In this document: piece after piece, positions 39,088 through 50,573 of the stretch
How the letters are laid out: every line of letters starts with the position of its first letter
Position numbering within the stretch: the first letter of the stretch is position 1
Assembly: GCA_025966365.1 (NCBI GenBank)
Contig: JAICWV010000003.1
Span: 1-58,825, forward strand
DNA length: 58,825 bases
Direction: 5' to 3'
Source: Chloroflexota bacterium
GTDB lineage: Bacteria > Chloroflexota > UBA5177
Notes under the pieces: model-generated
What the model was told of the DNA's origin: nothing
Database searches by the model: none
Seen by the model: only the letters and a program-made list of their open reading frames with translations
Position numbers and translations under genes: made by a program

Positions 39088-40469
39088 TGTCGTATCTTCC
39101 CCACACGCCTGAAGAGCGCGATGAGATGCTCCGGGCTATCGGGGTCGAGTCGGTTGACGACCTCTTCTCCAATGTGCCGGAGGGCTTGCGCAGCGGTCCC
39201 CTTCCCATCCCTCAGGGCATAAGTGAGATGGAGGTACTTCGGCTCCTGCAATCGCTCGCGTCCGAAAATCTGAATCTGGACACGCACCCCGGCTTTCTGG
39301 GCGGCGGCGCCTATCACCACTACATACCCGCGGCGGTCGGCGCCATTACGGGCCGGTCGGAGTTCTATACCTCGTACACGCCGTATCAAGCCGAGGTGAG
39401 TCAGGGCACGCTTCAGGCGATGTATGAGTACCAGACGATGGTGGCCGAGCTGACCGGGCTGGATATCTCCAATGCTTCCCTCTACGATGCGGCCACCGCC
39501 ATCACCGAAGCGTGTACCATCGCCATCAATCAAACGAGGCGGGAACGGGTCGCTGTGCTCGGCGGACTGAATCCCGAGTATCGAAAAGTGATCGAGACTT
39601 ACATGCATGCGCAGGATTTCGAGGTTCTCGACATTCCGGAAACCTGGACGCTTGACCCCGCTGACCTCGAGGCCGCTCTCGACGACACAATTGCTGGGGT
39701 TATCGTGCAATCTCCGAACTTTTGGGGTGCGCTGGAGCGGATGCCGCAATTGACCGACGCGGCCCACGCTCACGGAGCGCTGGTGATCGTGGTCGGAAAC
39801 CCGCTCTCGTACGCTCTCCTCACCCCGCCGGGAGAGTACTCGGCGGACGTTGCCGTGGGATGTGGGCAGCCCTTCGGCATTCCCCTCAGCTACGGCGGGC
39901 CGTACCTCGGAATCATGGCGACCCGTGCCGGCCTGGAACGCAGGCTCCCCGGCCGGATCGCGGGGGAGACGGTCGACAACACGGGGAAGCGCGGATTCGT
40001 CCTGACGTTGCAGGCGCGCGAGCAGCATATCCGGAGGGAAAAAGCAACCTCCAACATCTGCACGAATCATCAGCTGATGGCACTGGCAGCCACCGTCTAC
40101 CTGTCGCTGATGGGCAAACAGGGCATCCGGGACCTCGCCAATCAGTGCGTCCAGCGCGCGCACTACGCGGCCGGACGGCTGGTGGAGATTCCGGGTTTCT
40201 CCCTGGCATTTGAGGCCCCGTTCTTCAACGAGTTCACGCTGCGTGCGCCTGTTCCCGCTGCCGAGGTCAATCGATTTCTGCTGTCCAGAGGGATCGTCGG
40301 CGGTGTGGACCTGGGCACCGTGTCAGGGGACATGGGTGACTGTCTCTTGCTCGCTTTCACCGAGATGAACTCGCGCCAACAGATCGACGATTTGGTTACA
40401 ACACTCCACCAGCTGCAACCGCAGACGGCAGCAGAATTTGTGGCCGGCGCCACGGGAGGGGCATCGTGA
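39087..40469 (+). CDS. gcvPA: Glycine dehydrogenase subunit 1
   Basis: [41 protein letters not shown]. Confidence 0.96.
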   Translation: MSYLPHTPEERDEMLRAIGVESVDDLFSNVPEGLRSGPLPIPQGISEMEVLRLLQSLASENLNLDTHPGFLGGGAYHHYIPAAVGAITGRSEFYTSYTPYQAEVSQGTLQAMYEYQTMVAELTGLDISNASLYDAATAITEACTIAINQTRRERVAVLGGLNPEYRKVIETYMHAQDFEVLDIPETWTLDPADLEAALDDTIAGVIVQSPNFWGALERMPQLTDAAHAHGALVIVVGNPLSYALLTPPGEYSADVAVGCGQPFGIPLSYGGPYLGIMATRAGLERRLPGRIAGETVDNTGKRGFVLTLQAREQHIRREKATSNICTNHQLMALAATVYLSLMGKQGIRDLANQCVQRAHYAAGRLVEIPGFSLAFEAPFFNEFTLRAPVPAAEVNRFLLSRGIVGGVDLGTVSGDMGDCLLLAFTEMNSRQQIDDLVTTLHQLQPQTAAEFVAGATGGAS

Positions 40470-41971
40470 CCGAGCCGCTGATCTTCGAGCTGAGCTCACC
40501 AGGCCGGAAAGCGTATAGCCTGCCGGCGCTCGATGTTCCCGAGGTGCCGCTCACGGAGCTCATCCCCGAACCGTACCTCCGCAAAACACCGGCGCAGCTG
40601 CCTGAGCTGTCCGAGCCCGACGTCGTCCGGCATTTCACCCATCTCTCCAAGCTCAACTACAGCATCGACAGCGGCTTCTATCCGTTGGGCTCATGCACGA
40701 TGAAGTACAACCCCAAGATCAATGAAGTCGCCGTGAGCCAGCCCGGCTGGAAAGACATCCACCCGTTACAGGCGCAGAGCACGGTGCAGGGCGCGCTACG
40801 GCTCATGGTTGAGCTTCAGGAGCTCCTGGCCGCGATCTCAGGAATGGATGCATTCACGCTCCAGCCCGCCGCGGGAGCTCACGGTGAGCTGACTGGTCTC
40901 TTTATCATTCAGGCCTACCACCGCGCGCGGGGAGAGATGCGTGACCAGATCATCGCTCCCAACTCCTCCCACGGCACCAACCCGGCCAGTGCGGCCATGA
41001 TCGGGGCGCAGTTGGTTACGGTGGGCACCGACGAGCGAGGGCGGGTCAATATCGAGGAGCTTCGCTCGCTTGTCAACGAGCGGACGGCTGCCCTGATGCT
41101 CACCAATCCGAGCACGCTCGGCCTGTTCGAGGAAGATGTCGTCGAAATGGCCGACATCGTCCACCGGGCTGGTGGGCTGATGTATTACGACGGCGCGAAC
41201 ATGAACGCCATTATGGGAGTGGCCCGCCCGGGCGATATGGGCTTCGACGTCGTCCATCTGAATCTCCACAAGACCTTTACCACCCCTCACGGCGGAGGCG
41301 GGCCGGGGGCCGGCCCGGTCGGGGTCAAGCAATTTCTTGCCGGATATCTTCCCGTGCCGGTACCCACCCGCCGGGACGGAGTCTATATCCTCGACGCCGA
41401 TCGACCCGAGTCGATCGGTAAGGTGCGGAGTTTCTACGGTAATTTCGGCATGCTGGTCCGCGCGTTCACCTACATCCGGCGGATGGGCAGTGACGGCCTG
41501 GGGCAGGTAAGCCGTGACGCGGTGCTCGCTGCAAACTATGTCCGCGCCAGGCTCAACGACCTGTACCCCCAGGCGTACCCGGGGACCAACATGCACGAGG
41601 TGGTGCTTTCCGGTCGCGGTCTCAGAGAGCACGGCGTGCGGACGTTGGACCTCGCCAAGCGATTGATGGACTACGGGTTTCACTCACCCACGGTGTACTT
41701 CCCGCTCATCGTGGACGAGGCCCTGATGATCGAGCCCACGGAGACCGAGAACAAGGACACGCTGGACGCGTTTGTTGATGCCATGCGGGCCATCGCGGCC
41801 GAAGCGGAGGTGAATCCGGAGGTGGTCACCTCCGCGCCGCACTCAGCGCCGGTGGGCCGGCTGGACGAAGCACGGGCGGCCCGAAAGCCCAATCTTCGTT
41901 GGCGGCCGGGGGGAGACCAGGAGCCGGCACAAGTTCCACCAGCAGGGGAAGAGAAGCCGCTCGGCGTATGA
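40466..41971 (+). CDS. gcvPB: Glycine dehydrogenase subunit 2
   Basis: [35 protein letters not shown] (PLP Lys), [15 protein letters not shown]. Confidence 0.96.
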   Translation: MTEPLIFELSSPGRKAYSLPALDVPEVPLTELIPEPYLRKTPAQLPELSEPDVVRHFTHLSKLNYSIDSGFYPLGSCTMKYNPKINEVAVSQPGWKDIHPLQAQSTVQGALRLMVELQELLAAISGMDAFTLQPAAGAHGELTGLFIIQAYHRARGEMRDQIIAPNSSHGTNPASAAMIGAQLVTVGTDERGRVNIEELRSLVNERTAALMLTNPSTLGLFEEDVVEMADIVHRAGGLMYYDGANMNAIMGVARPGDMGFDVVHLNLHKTFTTPHGGGGPGAGPVGVKQFLAGYLPVPVPTRRDGVYILDADRPESIGKVRSFYGNFGMLVRAFTYIRRMGSDGLGQVSRDAVLAANYVRARLNDLYPQAYPGTNMHEVVLSGRGLREHGVRTLDLAKRLMDYGFHSPTVYFPLIVDEALMIEPTETENKDTLDAFVDAMRAIAAEAEVNPEVVTSAPHSAPVGRLDEARAARKPNLRWRPGGDQEPAQVPPAGEEKPLGV

Positions 41972-42080
41972 CCGCGCCCTCCCGAAACACCTCTCTTTCC
42001 ATAACACAGAAGAAGCAGGCGATATGAAGTACGATAAGACTAAATTCCGGTCATGTTGCCCGCTGAGGATGAGCTGATAC

Positions 42081-43145
42081 ATGAGTGAGAGTGCGGAGAC
42101 TCGTGACGGAGGCCCTCTCCTTCGTATCGAGAACCTGAGAACGTATTTCCAGACCCACGCCGGCGTTGTTCGCGCCGTTCAGGGAGTCAATATCGAGCTC
42201 GCCAAGGGCGAGACGCTGGGGATCGTCGGCGAATCGGGCAGTGGGAAGAGTGTCACCGCGCTATCCATCATGCGCCTGATTCCCCGGCCGCCGGGGCGCT
42301 TCGAGGGCGGAAAGATCATATTCCGCGATATCCCGATCGTCGATATTGAAACCCAGCGGGATAACGGCAGCACCCGGCGCGTTGATCACAGCGTGTCCGA
42401 AAGCCGCATGCGAGAGATTCGAGGCGGGGACATCTCGATGATCTTCCAGGATCCGATGACCTCACTGAATCCGCTGCTGACCATCGGCCGGCAGATTGCC
42501 GAGACGGTTCAGGAACACATGGGGCTCAACAAGAAAGAGTCGTACGAGCGTGCCCGCGAGATGCTGGAGAAGGTGGGTATTCCCAGCGCCAAGGCAAGGC
42601 TGGGCGATTACCCCTTCCAGTTCAGCGGCGGCATGCGACAGCGGGTCATGATTGCCATCGCGCTGGCTACCAACCCGGACCTGCTCATCGCCGACGAACC
42701 GACGACGGCTCTGGACGTGACGATCCAGGCACAGATTCTGGATCTAATGCGGGAGCTCTCCCGAGAGTTCGGGTCCTCGGTCATTTTGATCACCCACGAT
42801 CTTGGAGTCGTGGCGGGCATGGCCGACCGGGTGGCAGTGATGTACGCCGGGTACGTGGTGGAGACAGGGTCCCTGGAAAGCATCTTTTACCGCGGCCAGC
42901 ATCCGTACACGCATATGCTGCTTCAGTCGATTCCTCGGATGGATCAACCACGCGACGAGCCCCTGGTCCCTATACCGGGAGCGCCGCCTGACCTGCTGAC
43001 CCTGGGCCCCGGATGCCCGTTCGCGCCGCGGTGCCCGAACGTCCTACCGGTGTGTCGCCAGCAGATGCCTCCGCTCGATCCCGTGACCGGAGGACAGGGC
43101 CATCTGGCTGCCTGCTGGAATCCGGTGAAAGAGGCAGCAGCGTGA
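42081..43145 (+). CDS. oppD: Oligopeptide/dipeptide ABC transporter ATP-binding protein (OppD/DppD)
   Basis: [36 protein letters not shown]-terminal CPFAPRC...ACW. Confidence 0.9.
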   Translation: MSESAETRDGGPLLRIENLRTYFQTHAGVVRAVQGVNIELAKGETLGIVGESGSGKSVTALSIMRLIPRPPGRFEGGKIIFRDIPIVDIETQRDNGSTRRVDHSVSESRMREIRGGDISMIFQDPMTSLNPLLTIGRQIAETVQEHMGLNKKESYERAREMLEKVGIPSAKARLGDYPFQFSGGMRQRVMIAIALATNPDLLIADEPTTALDVTIQAQILDLMRELSREFGSSVILITHDLGVVAGMADRVAVMYAGYVVETGSLESIFYRGQHPYTHMLLQSIPRMDQPRDEPLVPIPGAPPDLLTLGPGCPFAPRCPNVLPVCRQQMPPLDPVTGGQGHLAACWNPVKEAAA

Positions 43146-44179
43146 ACGGGCACAACTCTATCGTCGATATCCGCAATCTGAGCATCCACTTTCCCATCAA
43201 GGGAGGTTTCCTCGGGCGTCAGGTCGGCGCTGTCCACGCAGTCAACGACGTCAACCTTCAGGTCTATGAAGGCGAGACACTGGGCCTGGTGGGAGAGAGC
43301 GGATCGGGGAAGACGACCCTCGGCCGCGCCATTCTCAAGCTCCTGCCCATTACCGCGGGGAGTGTCGAATTCGAAGGCACTGACATCACCCGGATGAGCG
43401 CCGGGCAGGTGCGTCCCCTGCGCCGACAGATGCAGATGATTTTCCAGGACCCGTTCGGGTCGCTGGATCCGCGCATGACGGTCTTTCAGATCGTGTCGGA
43501 GCCTCTGGTCAACTTTGACATGGGCAGTAAGCGCGAGCAGAAGACCCAGGTGCAGGAATTGCTGCGCATCGTGGGACTTAACCCCGACCACATCAATCGC
43601 TACCCCCACGAGTTCAGTGGCGGCCAGCGGCAGCGCGTTGGCATTGCCCGGGCCCTGGCACTGCGACCGAAGTTCGTTGTCGCGGACGAGCCCGTTTCGG
43701 CCCTTGATGTCTCAATTCAGGCGCAGATCCTGAACCTGCTCGAGCAGCTCCAGTCCGAGTTTGGACTCACGTTCCTGTTCGTCGCTCATAACCTGAGCGT
43801 CGTGCGTCACATTAGCGACCGCGTTGCGGTGATGTACCTCGGTCATCTGGTCGAGTTGGCCGGGGCCGACACGTTGTATGCGGAGCCGCTCCATCCGTAC
43901 ACTCAGGCGCTCATGTCGGCCATTCCGCTGCCTGATCCGATCCAGGAACGAAAGAAGGAACGGATCATCCTCAAGGGCGACATGCCCAGCCCGGTCAATC
44001 CTCCGCCCGCCTGCCCCTTCCACACCCGGTGCTTCAAGGCTCGCCCCATCTGCGGTCAGGTTGCGCCCGCGTTCGAGGAGAAGTCGCCCGGGCACTGGGC
44101 CGCATGCCACTTCGCGGAAGTACCAGGCGTCACGCATCCGGAGGAGATCAAGGGACCGCTGGCGCAGGAAACCGCCTGA
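43142..44179 (+). CDS. oppF: Oligopeptide/dipeptide ABC transporter ATP-binding protein (OppF/DppF)
   Basis: GESGSGKT, YPHEFSGGQRQR, DEPVSALD, CPFHTRC...ACH. GTGA overlap with oppD. Confidence 0.9.
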   Translation: MNGHNSIVDIRNLSIHFPIKGGFLGRQVGAVHAVNDVNLQVYEGETLGLVGESGSGKTTLGRAILKLLPITAGSVEFEGTDITRMSAGQVRPLRRQMQMIFQDPFGSLDPRMTVFQIVSEPLVNFDMGSKREQKTQVQELLRIVGLNPDHINRYPHEFSGGQRQRVGIARALALRPKFVVADEPVSALDVSIQAQILNLLEQLQSEFGLTFLFVAHNLSVVRHISDRVAVMYLGHLVELAGADTLYAEPLHPYTQALMSAIPLPDPIQERKKERIILKGDMPSPVNPPPACPFHTRCFKARPICGQVAPAFEEKSPGHWAACHFAEVPGVTHPEEIKGPLAQETA

Positions 44180-44186
44180 CCGTCTC

Positions 44187-44630
44187 TCAGGCAGGCACCT
44201 CGTCCTCATCGGGTTTGATGACGTCCTGCAAAGCGGCGCTGAAGAGCGAGGACTCCAGGCGCCCCAGATCCCGCCGGTTGGCTTCCATGATGTCGTCCAG
44301 CAGGGCCTGACCATCGTCACTCAGGCGCACCAACGCGCGCCGGCGGTCCGTGGGGTCCTCGGTACGCCACACCAGGCCTCGCTTGACGCAGCGCTCAACC
44401 AGGAGGGAGGTGGACGACTGCTGCAGCTTGAGCGAGTCTGAGATATTGCTGATGGACACCGCAGGGTATTTCCCGTGTCCTCGAACCGCGAGCATAAGTA
44501 CAAACTGTTGCGATGTCAGTCCCTGCTTTCGCGCCCGTTCATCTGCCCGTCTCAGGAACTCGTGAAGGGCGCGATAGAACTCCGCCCTCTCACGGTATTC
44601 CTCTTCCTCGAACGCACCACGAGTATCCAT
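44187..44630 (-). CDS. MarR family transcriptional regulator
   Basis: GLTSQQFVLML, LVERCVKRGLV.R.EDPTDRRRALVRLS..G. ATG 44630 preferred. Confidence 0.88.
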   Translation of the reverse strand: MDTRGAFEEEEYRERAEFYRALHEFLRRADERARKQGLTSQQFVLMLAVRGHGKYPAVSISNISDSLKLQQSSTSLLVERCVKRGLVWRTEDPTDRRRALVRLSDDGQALLDDIMEANRRDLGRLESSLFSAALQDVIKPDEDEVPA

Positions 44631-44711
44631 GTCCCTGTAACACGATACTAAATGTTCAAGAGCACAATGTAAAGCGATTATGGCAATTCCCGCCTGCACC
44701 GTGCCTGGATG

Positions 44712-47123
44712 TCAGTCCTCAGGAATGGAGACGACAGTCCCTGGCTCCGCGGTCGGCACCAACCGGACATCCTGCGCCCGGGTCACGCTTCGTATGTCTG
44801 CAGCGGACTCAGAGAGTGTTGGAACGATCGAGGACTGGACTTCCACAAGCAGTCTCGGAACCGGGGCTCCAAGCGACATGCCGCGATCGCTCTTATACCG
44901 GCGTACTGCTGCCGCGATGTCCAGTAGGGCCCGTCCTGCCGCTTCCGCCTGAGGATTGCGCCAGTCGGGGACGGGACGGGGCCAGCGGGTGCCGTGAATG
45001 GAAGTGGGCCAGGACGAGTCCTGGAACACTTCTCGGTACACGGCGTCGGTAACGAACGGAAGAAAGGGGGCAAAGAGCTTGAGAACCGTGAGAAGCAGAT
45101 TGTAGAGCGTGTACCGCGCTGCCCCGGCAAGGGGATCATTCAGGTCATAGAGCCGTCCCTTCGCCATCTCCAGATAGTTGTCGGCCAGGTCGTGCCAGAA
45201 GAAGATCTCGATATCGTTCTTCGCCGTCGCGTAGTCGTACTCGTCCATCGCGGTGGTGCAGCGCTCGATCAGGGCCTCGAGTGAGGTGAGAATCCAGGCG
45301 TCTGCGGCAGACAGCCGAGGGCAGGCATGGGGTGGCCGGTAGTCCTGTAAAAACCTACGTCCGAACATTCCCACATTCCACAGCTTGGTGGCCAGTTTGG
45401 AGCCGGCGGCAATCTTGTCCTCACTGATCACCGTGTCCTTTCCCGGGCCGGTGCTGGCCGCCCAGTAGCGAATCGCGTCGGCCGACCACTGGTCGAGCAT
45501 GGCCATCGGGGACATCGGGCCACCGCCCTTGCTCTTGCTGATCTTTCCTTCCCCCTCCGGCGCCAGGCCCCAGCCCGAAATCATGATCGTTTTCCACGGA
45601 GCCATGCCTGAGCCGTACAGGGACTGAACGATGGTGTAGAAAGCCCATGTTCGAATAATCTCGTGCGCCTGCGGCCGGAGGGCCATCGGAAATACGTCGC
45701 GGTAGAGGGGTGGATCTTCGAGCTGCCGGCCGGCAATCTGGGGCGTCAGTGAGGACGTCGCCCACGTGTCCATCACGTCGGTCTCGGGCATCCACTCCGT
45801 GCTTCCGCAGCGGCACGGACGCGGCGGCGTGATGGTCGGATCGATTGGCAGCTCGCTCTCGTCGGGCGTCAGGATTTGACCGCAGGAGCAATACCAGATG
45901 GGAAAGGGAACCCCGTACGTCCGCTGCCGGGAGATCAGCCAGTCCCAGCGCAGGTTTTCGATCCAGTCACGGTAGCGCGATTGCATGGCAGCCGGCACCC
46001 ACCGGATTGCGTCACCCGCGGCCAGTAGCTCCTCTTTGCGATCAAGTACCCGGATAAACCATTGGCGGGTCACGAGGTACTCGACCGCGGTCCCGCAGCG
46101 CTCGTGCACCCGGACGGTTTGTTCCGCGGGACGGGTCGCGAGGAGCAGACCGGTGTCCTGCGCGCCCTCAATGGCACGGCGCCTGGCGTCGGCCACCTCC
46201 AGCCCGGAAAGGTTTCCCGCCGACGATCCAAGCCGGCCTTCCGGGGTCAGTATCGGCTTCAAGGGCAGGTTGCGTTCATACCACCACTCGATGTCGGTGG
46301 GATCTCCGAAGGTGCAGCACATGACGGCGCCGGTCCCCTTGTCGGGCTGTGCTTTCTGGTCGGTATACACCGCCACCGACTCACCCGTGAGCGGAACGGT
46401 GACACTCTGGCCGACGAACGCCGCATACCGCTCGTCACCGGGATGGACGAACACGGCCACGCAGGCGGGAAGAAGCTCCGGCCGCGTGGTGGCGACAGGC
46501 AGCTCCCGGCCGGCCAGGGTACGAAAGGAAAGAGTTACGAACTCTGTCTCGCGGTCCAGGTCGTCCACCTCTGCCTGGGCGATGGCGGTGCGACAGAGCG
46601 GACACCAGATCACCGGAGCTTCGCGCCTGTATGCGCTGTCATCTCTCATGAGGGCAAGAAAGGCAGCTTGCGCAGCTCTCCGCGCGTCCGCGTCGATGGT
46701 GTGATAGGTGTACTTCCAGTCGATCGAGAGCCCCAGGCGCTCCCAGACGGCACGATACCGCTCGGCAAAGGTACGGGTCGTTTGCAGGCACGCCTCGATG
46801 AATTCCTTCCGACCCACGTCAGCCGGCGTGATGCCCAGCTCACGCTCGACCAGGCGCTCACTGGGAAGGCCGTTGTCGTCAAATCCCATGGGATAGAAGA
46901 CGTTTTCGCCGCGCATGCGGCGGTATCGAGCGATGAAGTCGGTGTGGCTGTAGGAGTACACATTGCCAAGGTGCAGGTTGCCCGAGACCGACGGCGGGGG
47001 AGTATCGATTGCGTAAACGGCTTCGGCGGAGCCGCGGTGGAAGGCATACACATCCCGCCGCGCCCAGGATGCGGCAATTTCCGGCTCCGCCAGGCGCGGT
47101 TCATAACGTGGAGGTTTACTCAC
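44712..47123 (-). CDS. valS: Valine--tRNA ligase (archaeal/actinobacterial type, no C-terminal coiled coil)
   Basis: DTPPPSVSGNLHLGN (HIGH), GFDDNGLPSER, ATTRPELL, WLISRQR, RPQAHEIIRTW, KISKS (KMSKS). GTG 47123 chosen as the start. Confidence 0.92.
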   Translation of the reverse strand: MSKPPRYEPRLAEPEIAASWARRDVYAFHRGSAEAVYAIDTPPPSVSGNLHLGNVYSYSHTDFIARYRRMRGENVFYPMGFDDNGLPSERLVERELGITPADVGRKEFIEACLQTTRTFAERYRAVWERLGLSIDWKYTYHTIDADARRAAQAAFLALMRDDSAYRREAPVIWCPLCRTAIAQAEVDDLDRETEFVTLSFRTLAGRELPVATTRPELLPACVAVFVHPGDERYAAFVGQSVTVPLTGESVAVYTDQKAQPDKGTGAVMCCTFGDPTDIEWWYERNLPLKPILTPEGRLGSSAGNLSGLEVADARRRAIEGAQDTGLLLATRPAEQTVRVHERCGTAVEYLVTRQWFIRVLDRKEELLAAGDAIRWVPAAMQSRYRDWIENLRWDWLISRQRTYGVPFPIWYCSCGQILTPDESELPIDPTITPPRPCRCGSTEWMPETDVMDTWATSSLTPQIAGRQLEDPPLYRDVFPMALRPQAHEIIRTWAFYTIVQSLYGSGMAPWKTIMISGWGLAPEGEGKISKSKGGGPMSPMAMLDQWSADAIRYWAASTGPGKDTVISEDKIAAGSKLATKLWNVGMFGRRFLQDYRPPHACPRLSAADAWILTSLEALIERCTTAMDEYDYATAKNDIEIFFWHDLADNYLEMAKGRLYDLNDPLAGAARYTLYNLLLTVLKLFAPFLPFVTDAVYREVFQDSSWPTSIHGTRWPRPVPDWRNPQAEAAGRALLDIAAAVRRYKSDRGMSLGAPVPRLLVEVQSSIVPTLSESAADIRSVTRAQDVRLVPTAEPGTVVSIPED

Positions 47124-47315
47124 CTCTCGGCTTTCTGTGGCATAACGTCCGGGGACAGCGCCGTGCGTCGACCGTGCCGGCTTTGAACCTGCGGTGGGAC
47201 CTTCGCTGACGGCGTGTGCATGCGCGCCCGAACCGAACGGCGAACGTATAGAACTGTGGAGAATTATACGGTCCTGCGGACTCACGGTCCGGTAACGGGG
47301 GACTATCCTGGGGGT

Positions 47316-48623
47316 ATGGAGGTCTCATTCGAAATCCCGGAGGGGATCCTGGCGACCCTGCTGGATGGCGTGCCCGTTCCTGCGATGTCGTGTATCCGCT
47401 ACCGGCAATCAACCCCGTCCGCGCTGACGGATGTGGGAGCGCGCATTCGGTCGGAGATGCAAAACGCCGGAGACGGGGTCGCGTTTCGCCCGGGCGAGCG
47501 TATCGCGGTGGCCGTCGGGAGCCGGGGGATTGCCCGGCTTCCGGAGATCGTCGCCGCGGTGGTGGCCGAGATCAAGGCGTGCGGGGCGACGCCCTTTATT
47601 GTCCCGGCCATGGGAAGTCATGGTGGCGCCACCGCTGAGGGCCAGCAAGAGGTGCTGACACGTCTCGGCGTCACCGAGGAGGTTGCCGGCGCTCCCATTC
47701 GCTCTCAGATGGACACCGTGCGGCTCGGCAAGACGGCTGAGGGAGCAACTGTGTATCTGGACCGTCTTGCTGCCGGAGCGGACGGTATTGTCCCGATCGT
47801 GCGCATCAAGCCGCACACGGCCTTTCGTGGACCATACGAGAGCGGGGTGGCGAAAATGCTGGCCATCGGGCTGGGCAAGCAGAGCGGGGCGGCTTCCACC
47901 CACGCGCGAGGGTTCGGAGCGATGAGTCGCATGGTGCCGGCGATGGCCGAGATCGTCCTGGCCAGGTCGCGGGTGGTGATGGCGGTCGCCGTTCTCGAAA
48001 ATGCCCGCGACGAGCCCTTCAAGCTTGTGATCCTTCCGGCATCGCGGATCATGCAGGAGGAGCCAGGATTGCTGGACGAGGCGCGGGCGGCCATGCCCCG
48101 CCTCCCTTTTAACCGGTTTGACATTCTTGTTATCGACCGCATTGGCAAGAACATCAGTGGAGACGGAGCCGACCCCAATGTCACCGGCCGCTATCCGACT
48201 CCCGACGCGTCCGGGGGACCGCTGGTGAACAAGCAAGTCGTGCTTGATCTCGACACGGCCTCAGCAGGAAATGCCAACGGGCTGGGAACCGCTGATTTCA
48301 CAACCATACGCGCCGCCAGGCGTGTCTCTCTGGCCGCCACCTATCCGAACGCGCTCACTTCCACCGTTCCAGGCCCGGTCAAGATTCCGATGATCCTTCC
48401 GTCCGACCGGCGCGCATTTCAGGCCGCGATTCTCACATGCAACACCATCGGCCGCGCCCCCCGCATGGTGCGGATAAGAGACACCCTTCATCTGGAGACG
48501 ATGTGGGTCTCACAGGCGCTGCTGGAGGAGGCGGAGGCGAATCCTGAGATCGAGTTTGAGGGCGGTCCGGAGGAGGTCGAGTTCACGGCCGACGGCAACT
48601 TACCGGACCTGGCTTGCCCGTAA
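47316..48623 (+). CDS. Lactate-racemase-domain (LarA-like / DUF2088) protein
   Basis: AVGSRGI, PAMGSHGG, RIKPHTAF.G.YESG..KMLAIGLGK, GKNISG.G.D.NV.GR. Confidence 0.75.
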   Translation: MEVSFEIPEGILATLLDGVPVPAMSCIRYRQSTPSALTDVGARIRSEMQNAGDGVAFRPGERIAVAVGSRGIARLPEIVAAVVAEIKACGATPFIVPAMGSHGGATAEGQQEVLTRLGVTEEVAGAPIRSQMDTVRLGKTAEGATVYLDRLAAGADGIVPIVRIKPHTAFRGPYESGVAKMLAIGLGKQSGAASTHARGFGAMSRMVPAMAEIVLARSRVVMAVAVLENARDEPFKLVILPASRIMQEEPGLLDEARAAMPRLPFNRFDILVIDRIGKNISGDGADPNVTGRYPTPDASGGPLVNKQVVLDLDTASAGNANGLGTADFTTIRAARRVSLAATYPNALTSTVPGPVKIPMILPSDRRAFQAAILTCNTIGRAPRMVRIRDTLHLETMWVSQALLEEAEANPEIEFEGGPEEVEFTADGNLPDLACP

Positions 48624-48689
48624 TCCGCCGGCCCTGGCACGGCCCCAGCTGAGTTAGGTTTCTCGCGTGCAGGCGCCCATAATGAGTCG

Positions 48690-49934
48690 ATGACAACAGC
48701 CCTCGACACCTCGACACCGCTTGACGTCACGACCGTTCGGAAGGACTTTCCGCTCCTGACCCGGTCCATGCACGACCGGCCGCTCGTCTACCTGGACAGC
48801 GCGGCGACATCGCAGAAGCCCGAAGTGGTCCTGCGCGCCCTCGACGACTACTATCGCTTCCACAACGCCAATGTGCATCGGGGAGTGTACGAGCTCGCCG
48901 AGGAAGCGACCGCCCACTACGAGACTGCCCGCTCGGTGCTTGCCTCCTTTATCGGCGCAACGCCGGAAGAGACAATATTCGTGCGGAATGCTACGGAGGG
49001 AATCAACCTCGTGGCGAATGCCTGGGGTCGGGCCAACCTGTGCGCAGGAGATGCGCTCCTGCTGACGGAGATGGAACACCACAGCAACCTGGTGCCGTGG
49101 CAAATCGTGGCGGAGGCCACCGGAGCGGAATTGCGTTATGCCGCGCTGCATGAAGACGGATCGCTCGATCTCGAAAGTCTGGAAAACCACCTGTCGGATG
49201 GGCGGGTCCGGATGGTCGCTACGACATTTATCTCCAATGTGCTGGGCACGGTGGTGCCGGTTGGGCGGGTCGCGGCGATGGCGCACAGCGCCGGAGCGCT
49301 CTACCTGGTGGATGCCGCGCAGGCAGCACCGCACGTTACCGTGGACGTGCGGGAGCTGGAGGTGGATTTTCTGGTTGTGACGGGCCACAAGATGCTGGGA
49401 CCGATGGGTATCGGCGTCCTGTATGGGCGGAAAAGCGTCCTCGATGCCATGCCGCCGTTTCTTGGCGGTGGAGAGATGATCCGGCGGGTGAGGTTACAAG
49501 GATCCAGCTGGAACGAGCTGCCCTGGAAGTTCGAAGCCGGCACTCCCAGCGTCGGCGACGCCGTAGGTCTGGCGGCTGCGGTTGGATACCTGCGTGACCT
49601 CGGCATGGACCGAATTGCGGCCCATGACATGGTGCTGGCGAACTACGCCCTGAGGGCGCTCGAAAGCGTACCGGGCGTGAATATTGTCGGGCCGCGAGAA
49701 CGGGGCGCCCTGGTGGCTTTCGCCGTCGACGGAATCCATCCGCACGATCTCGCCTCCGTCCTGGACGAGCAGGGTATCGCAGTTCGGGCCGGGCACCATT
49801 GCGCGCAGCCGCTCCATGACCGCCTGGGACTGGCGGCGACCACGCGCGCCAGCTTTTACGTGTACAACGACGAAGCCGATGTGAACCAACTGATTTCCGG
49901 CATCGGCGTCGCGCAGCAGGTGCTGCGGGCATGA
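48690..49934 (+). CDS. sufS: SufS-type cysteine desulfurase
   Basis: YLDSAATSQKP, EHHSNLVPW, TGHKMLGP, FEAGTP, RAGHHCAQPL. Confidence 0.95.
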   Translation: MTTALDTSTPLDVTTVRKDFPLLTRSMHDRPLVYLDSAATSQKPEVVLRALDDYYRFHNANVHRGVYELAEEATAHYETARSVLASFIGATPEETIFVRNATEGINLVANAWGRANLCAGDALLLTEMEHHSNLVPWQIVAEATGAELRYAALHEDGSLDLESLENHLSDGRVRMVATTFISNVLGTVVPVGRVAAMAHSAGALYLVDAAQAAPHVTVDVRELEVDFLVVTGHKMLGPMGIGVLYGRKSVLDAMPPFLGGGEMIRRVRLQGSSWNELPWKFEAGTPSVGDAVGLAAAVGYLRDLGMDRIAAHDMVLANYALRALESVPGVNIVGPRERGALVAFAVDGIHPHDLASVLDEQGIAVRAGHHCAQPLHDRLGLAATTRASFYVYNDEADVNQLISGIGVAQQVLRA

Positions 49935-50347
49935 GCACGCTGTACACCGAGATCATTCACGACGCTTACCGCAATCCGCGTCTCCGGGGCCGCATCGACC
50001 GGCCGTCGCACTCCTTCGAGGATGAGAACCCACTGTGTGGAGACACGCTTCATATCGAACTCCGTGTGGAGGATGGACGCGTTGTGGATGCCCGGTTCGA
50101 CGGCCGCGGATGCGCCATCAGCCAGGCCTCAGCTGAGCTGCTGCTGGACCGAATCACGGGAGAGTCCACGGAGACCATTGCGGGCCTGGATCGCGAGGAC
50201 GTGCTGGAAGAGCTCGGGATACCGTCGATCTCACCTGCCAGGCTCAAATGCGCCCTGCTGGCGCTCAAGGTGCTGAAGGGCGCGCTCTATGGTCTGGACA
50301 CGGCGACAGGGCCTGGCACGGCACCTGCAACGCAGCCGATAGACTAA
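49931..50347 (+). CDS. sufU: SufU/IscU-like Fe-S scaffold / sulfur acceptor
   Basis: NPLCGD, GCAISQAS, RLKCALL. ATGA overlap with sufS. Confidence 0.88.
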   Translation: MSTLYTEIIHDAYRNPRLRGRIDRPSHSFEDENPLCGDTLHIELRVEDGRVVDARFDGRGCAISQASAELLLDRITGESTETIAGLDREDVLEELGIPSISPARLKCALLALKVLKGALYGLDTATGPGTAPATQPID

Positions 50348-50384
50348 TATCGAGCGACGCGAACGGCGCAAGGGAGGATGACGC

Positions 50385-50573
50385 ATGGAGACGAGGACGG
50401 ACCTCGGCGGCCCGGCACTGGCGGAAGCGGAGCCAGACGCCGTCTCCCCGGCTGACGCCGGTGTTCGGATGGGTGAAGAGCGTCAGATACTCCTCTTTGG
50501 GTTCGGCCTGGGAATGACCATCGGCCTGATCTTCTTGCTCTACGTCGTCCTCGGCACCGCGCACCTGCTCTAG
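50385..50573 (+). CDS. Small single-pass membrane protein
   Basis: GGAGG SD, 62 aa, C-terminal TM segment ILLFGFGLGMTIGLIFLLYVVLG. Confidence 0.6.
   Translation: METRTDLGGPALAEAEPDAVSPADAGVRMGEERQILLFGFGLGMTIGLIFLLYVVLGTAHLL

Noticed and set aside
47124-47270. T-box riboswitch upstream of valS
   Set aside because: No UGGNACC T-box bulge, AGAGA/GNUG stem I motifs or terminator visible.
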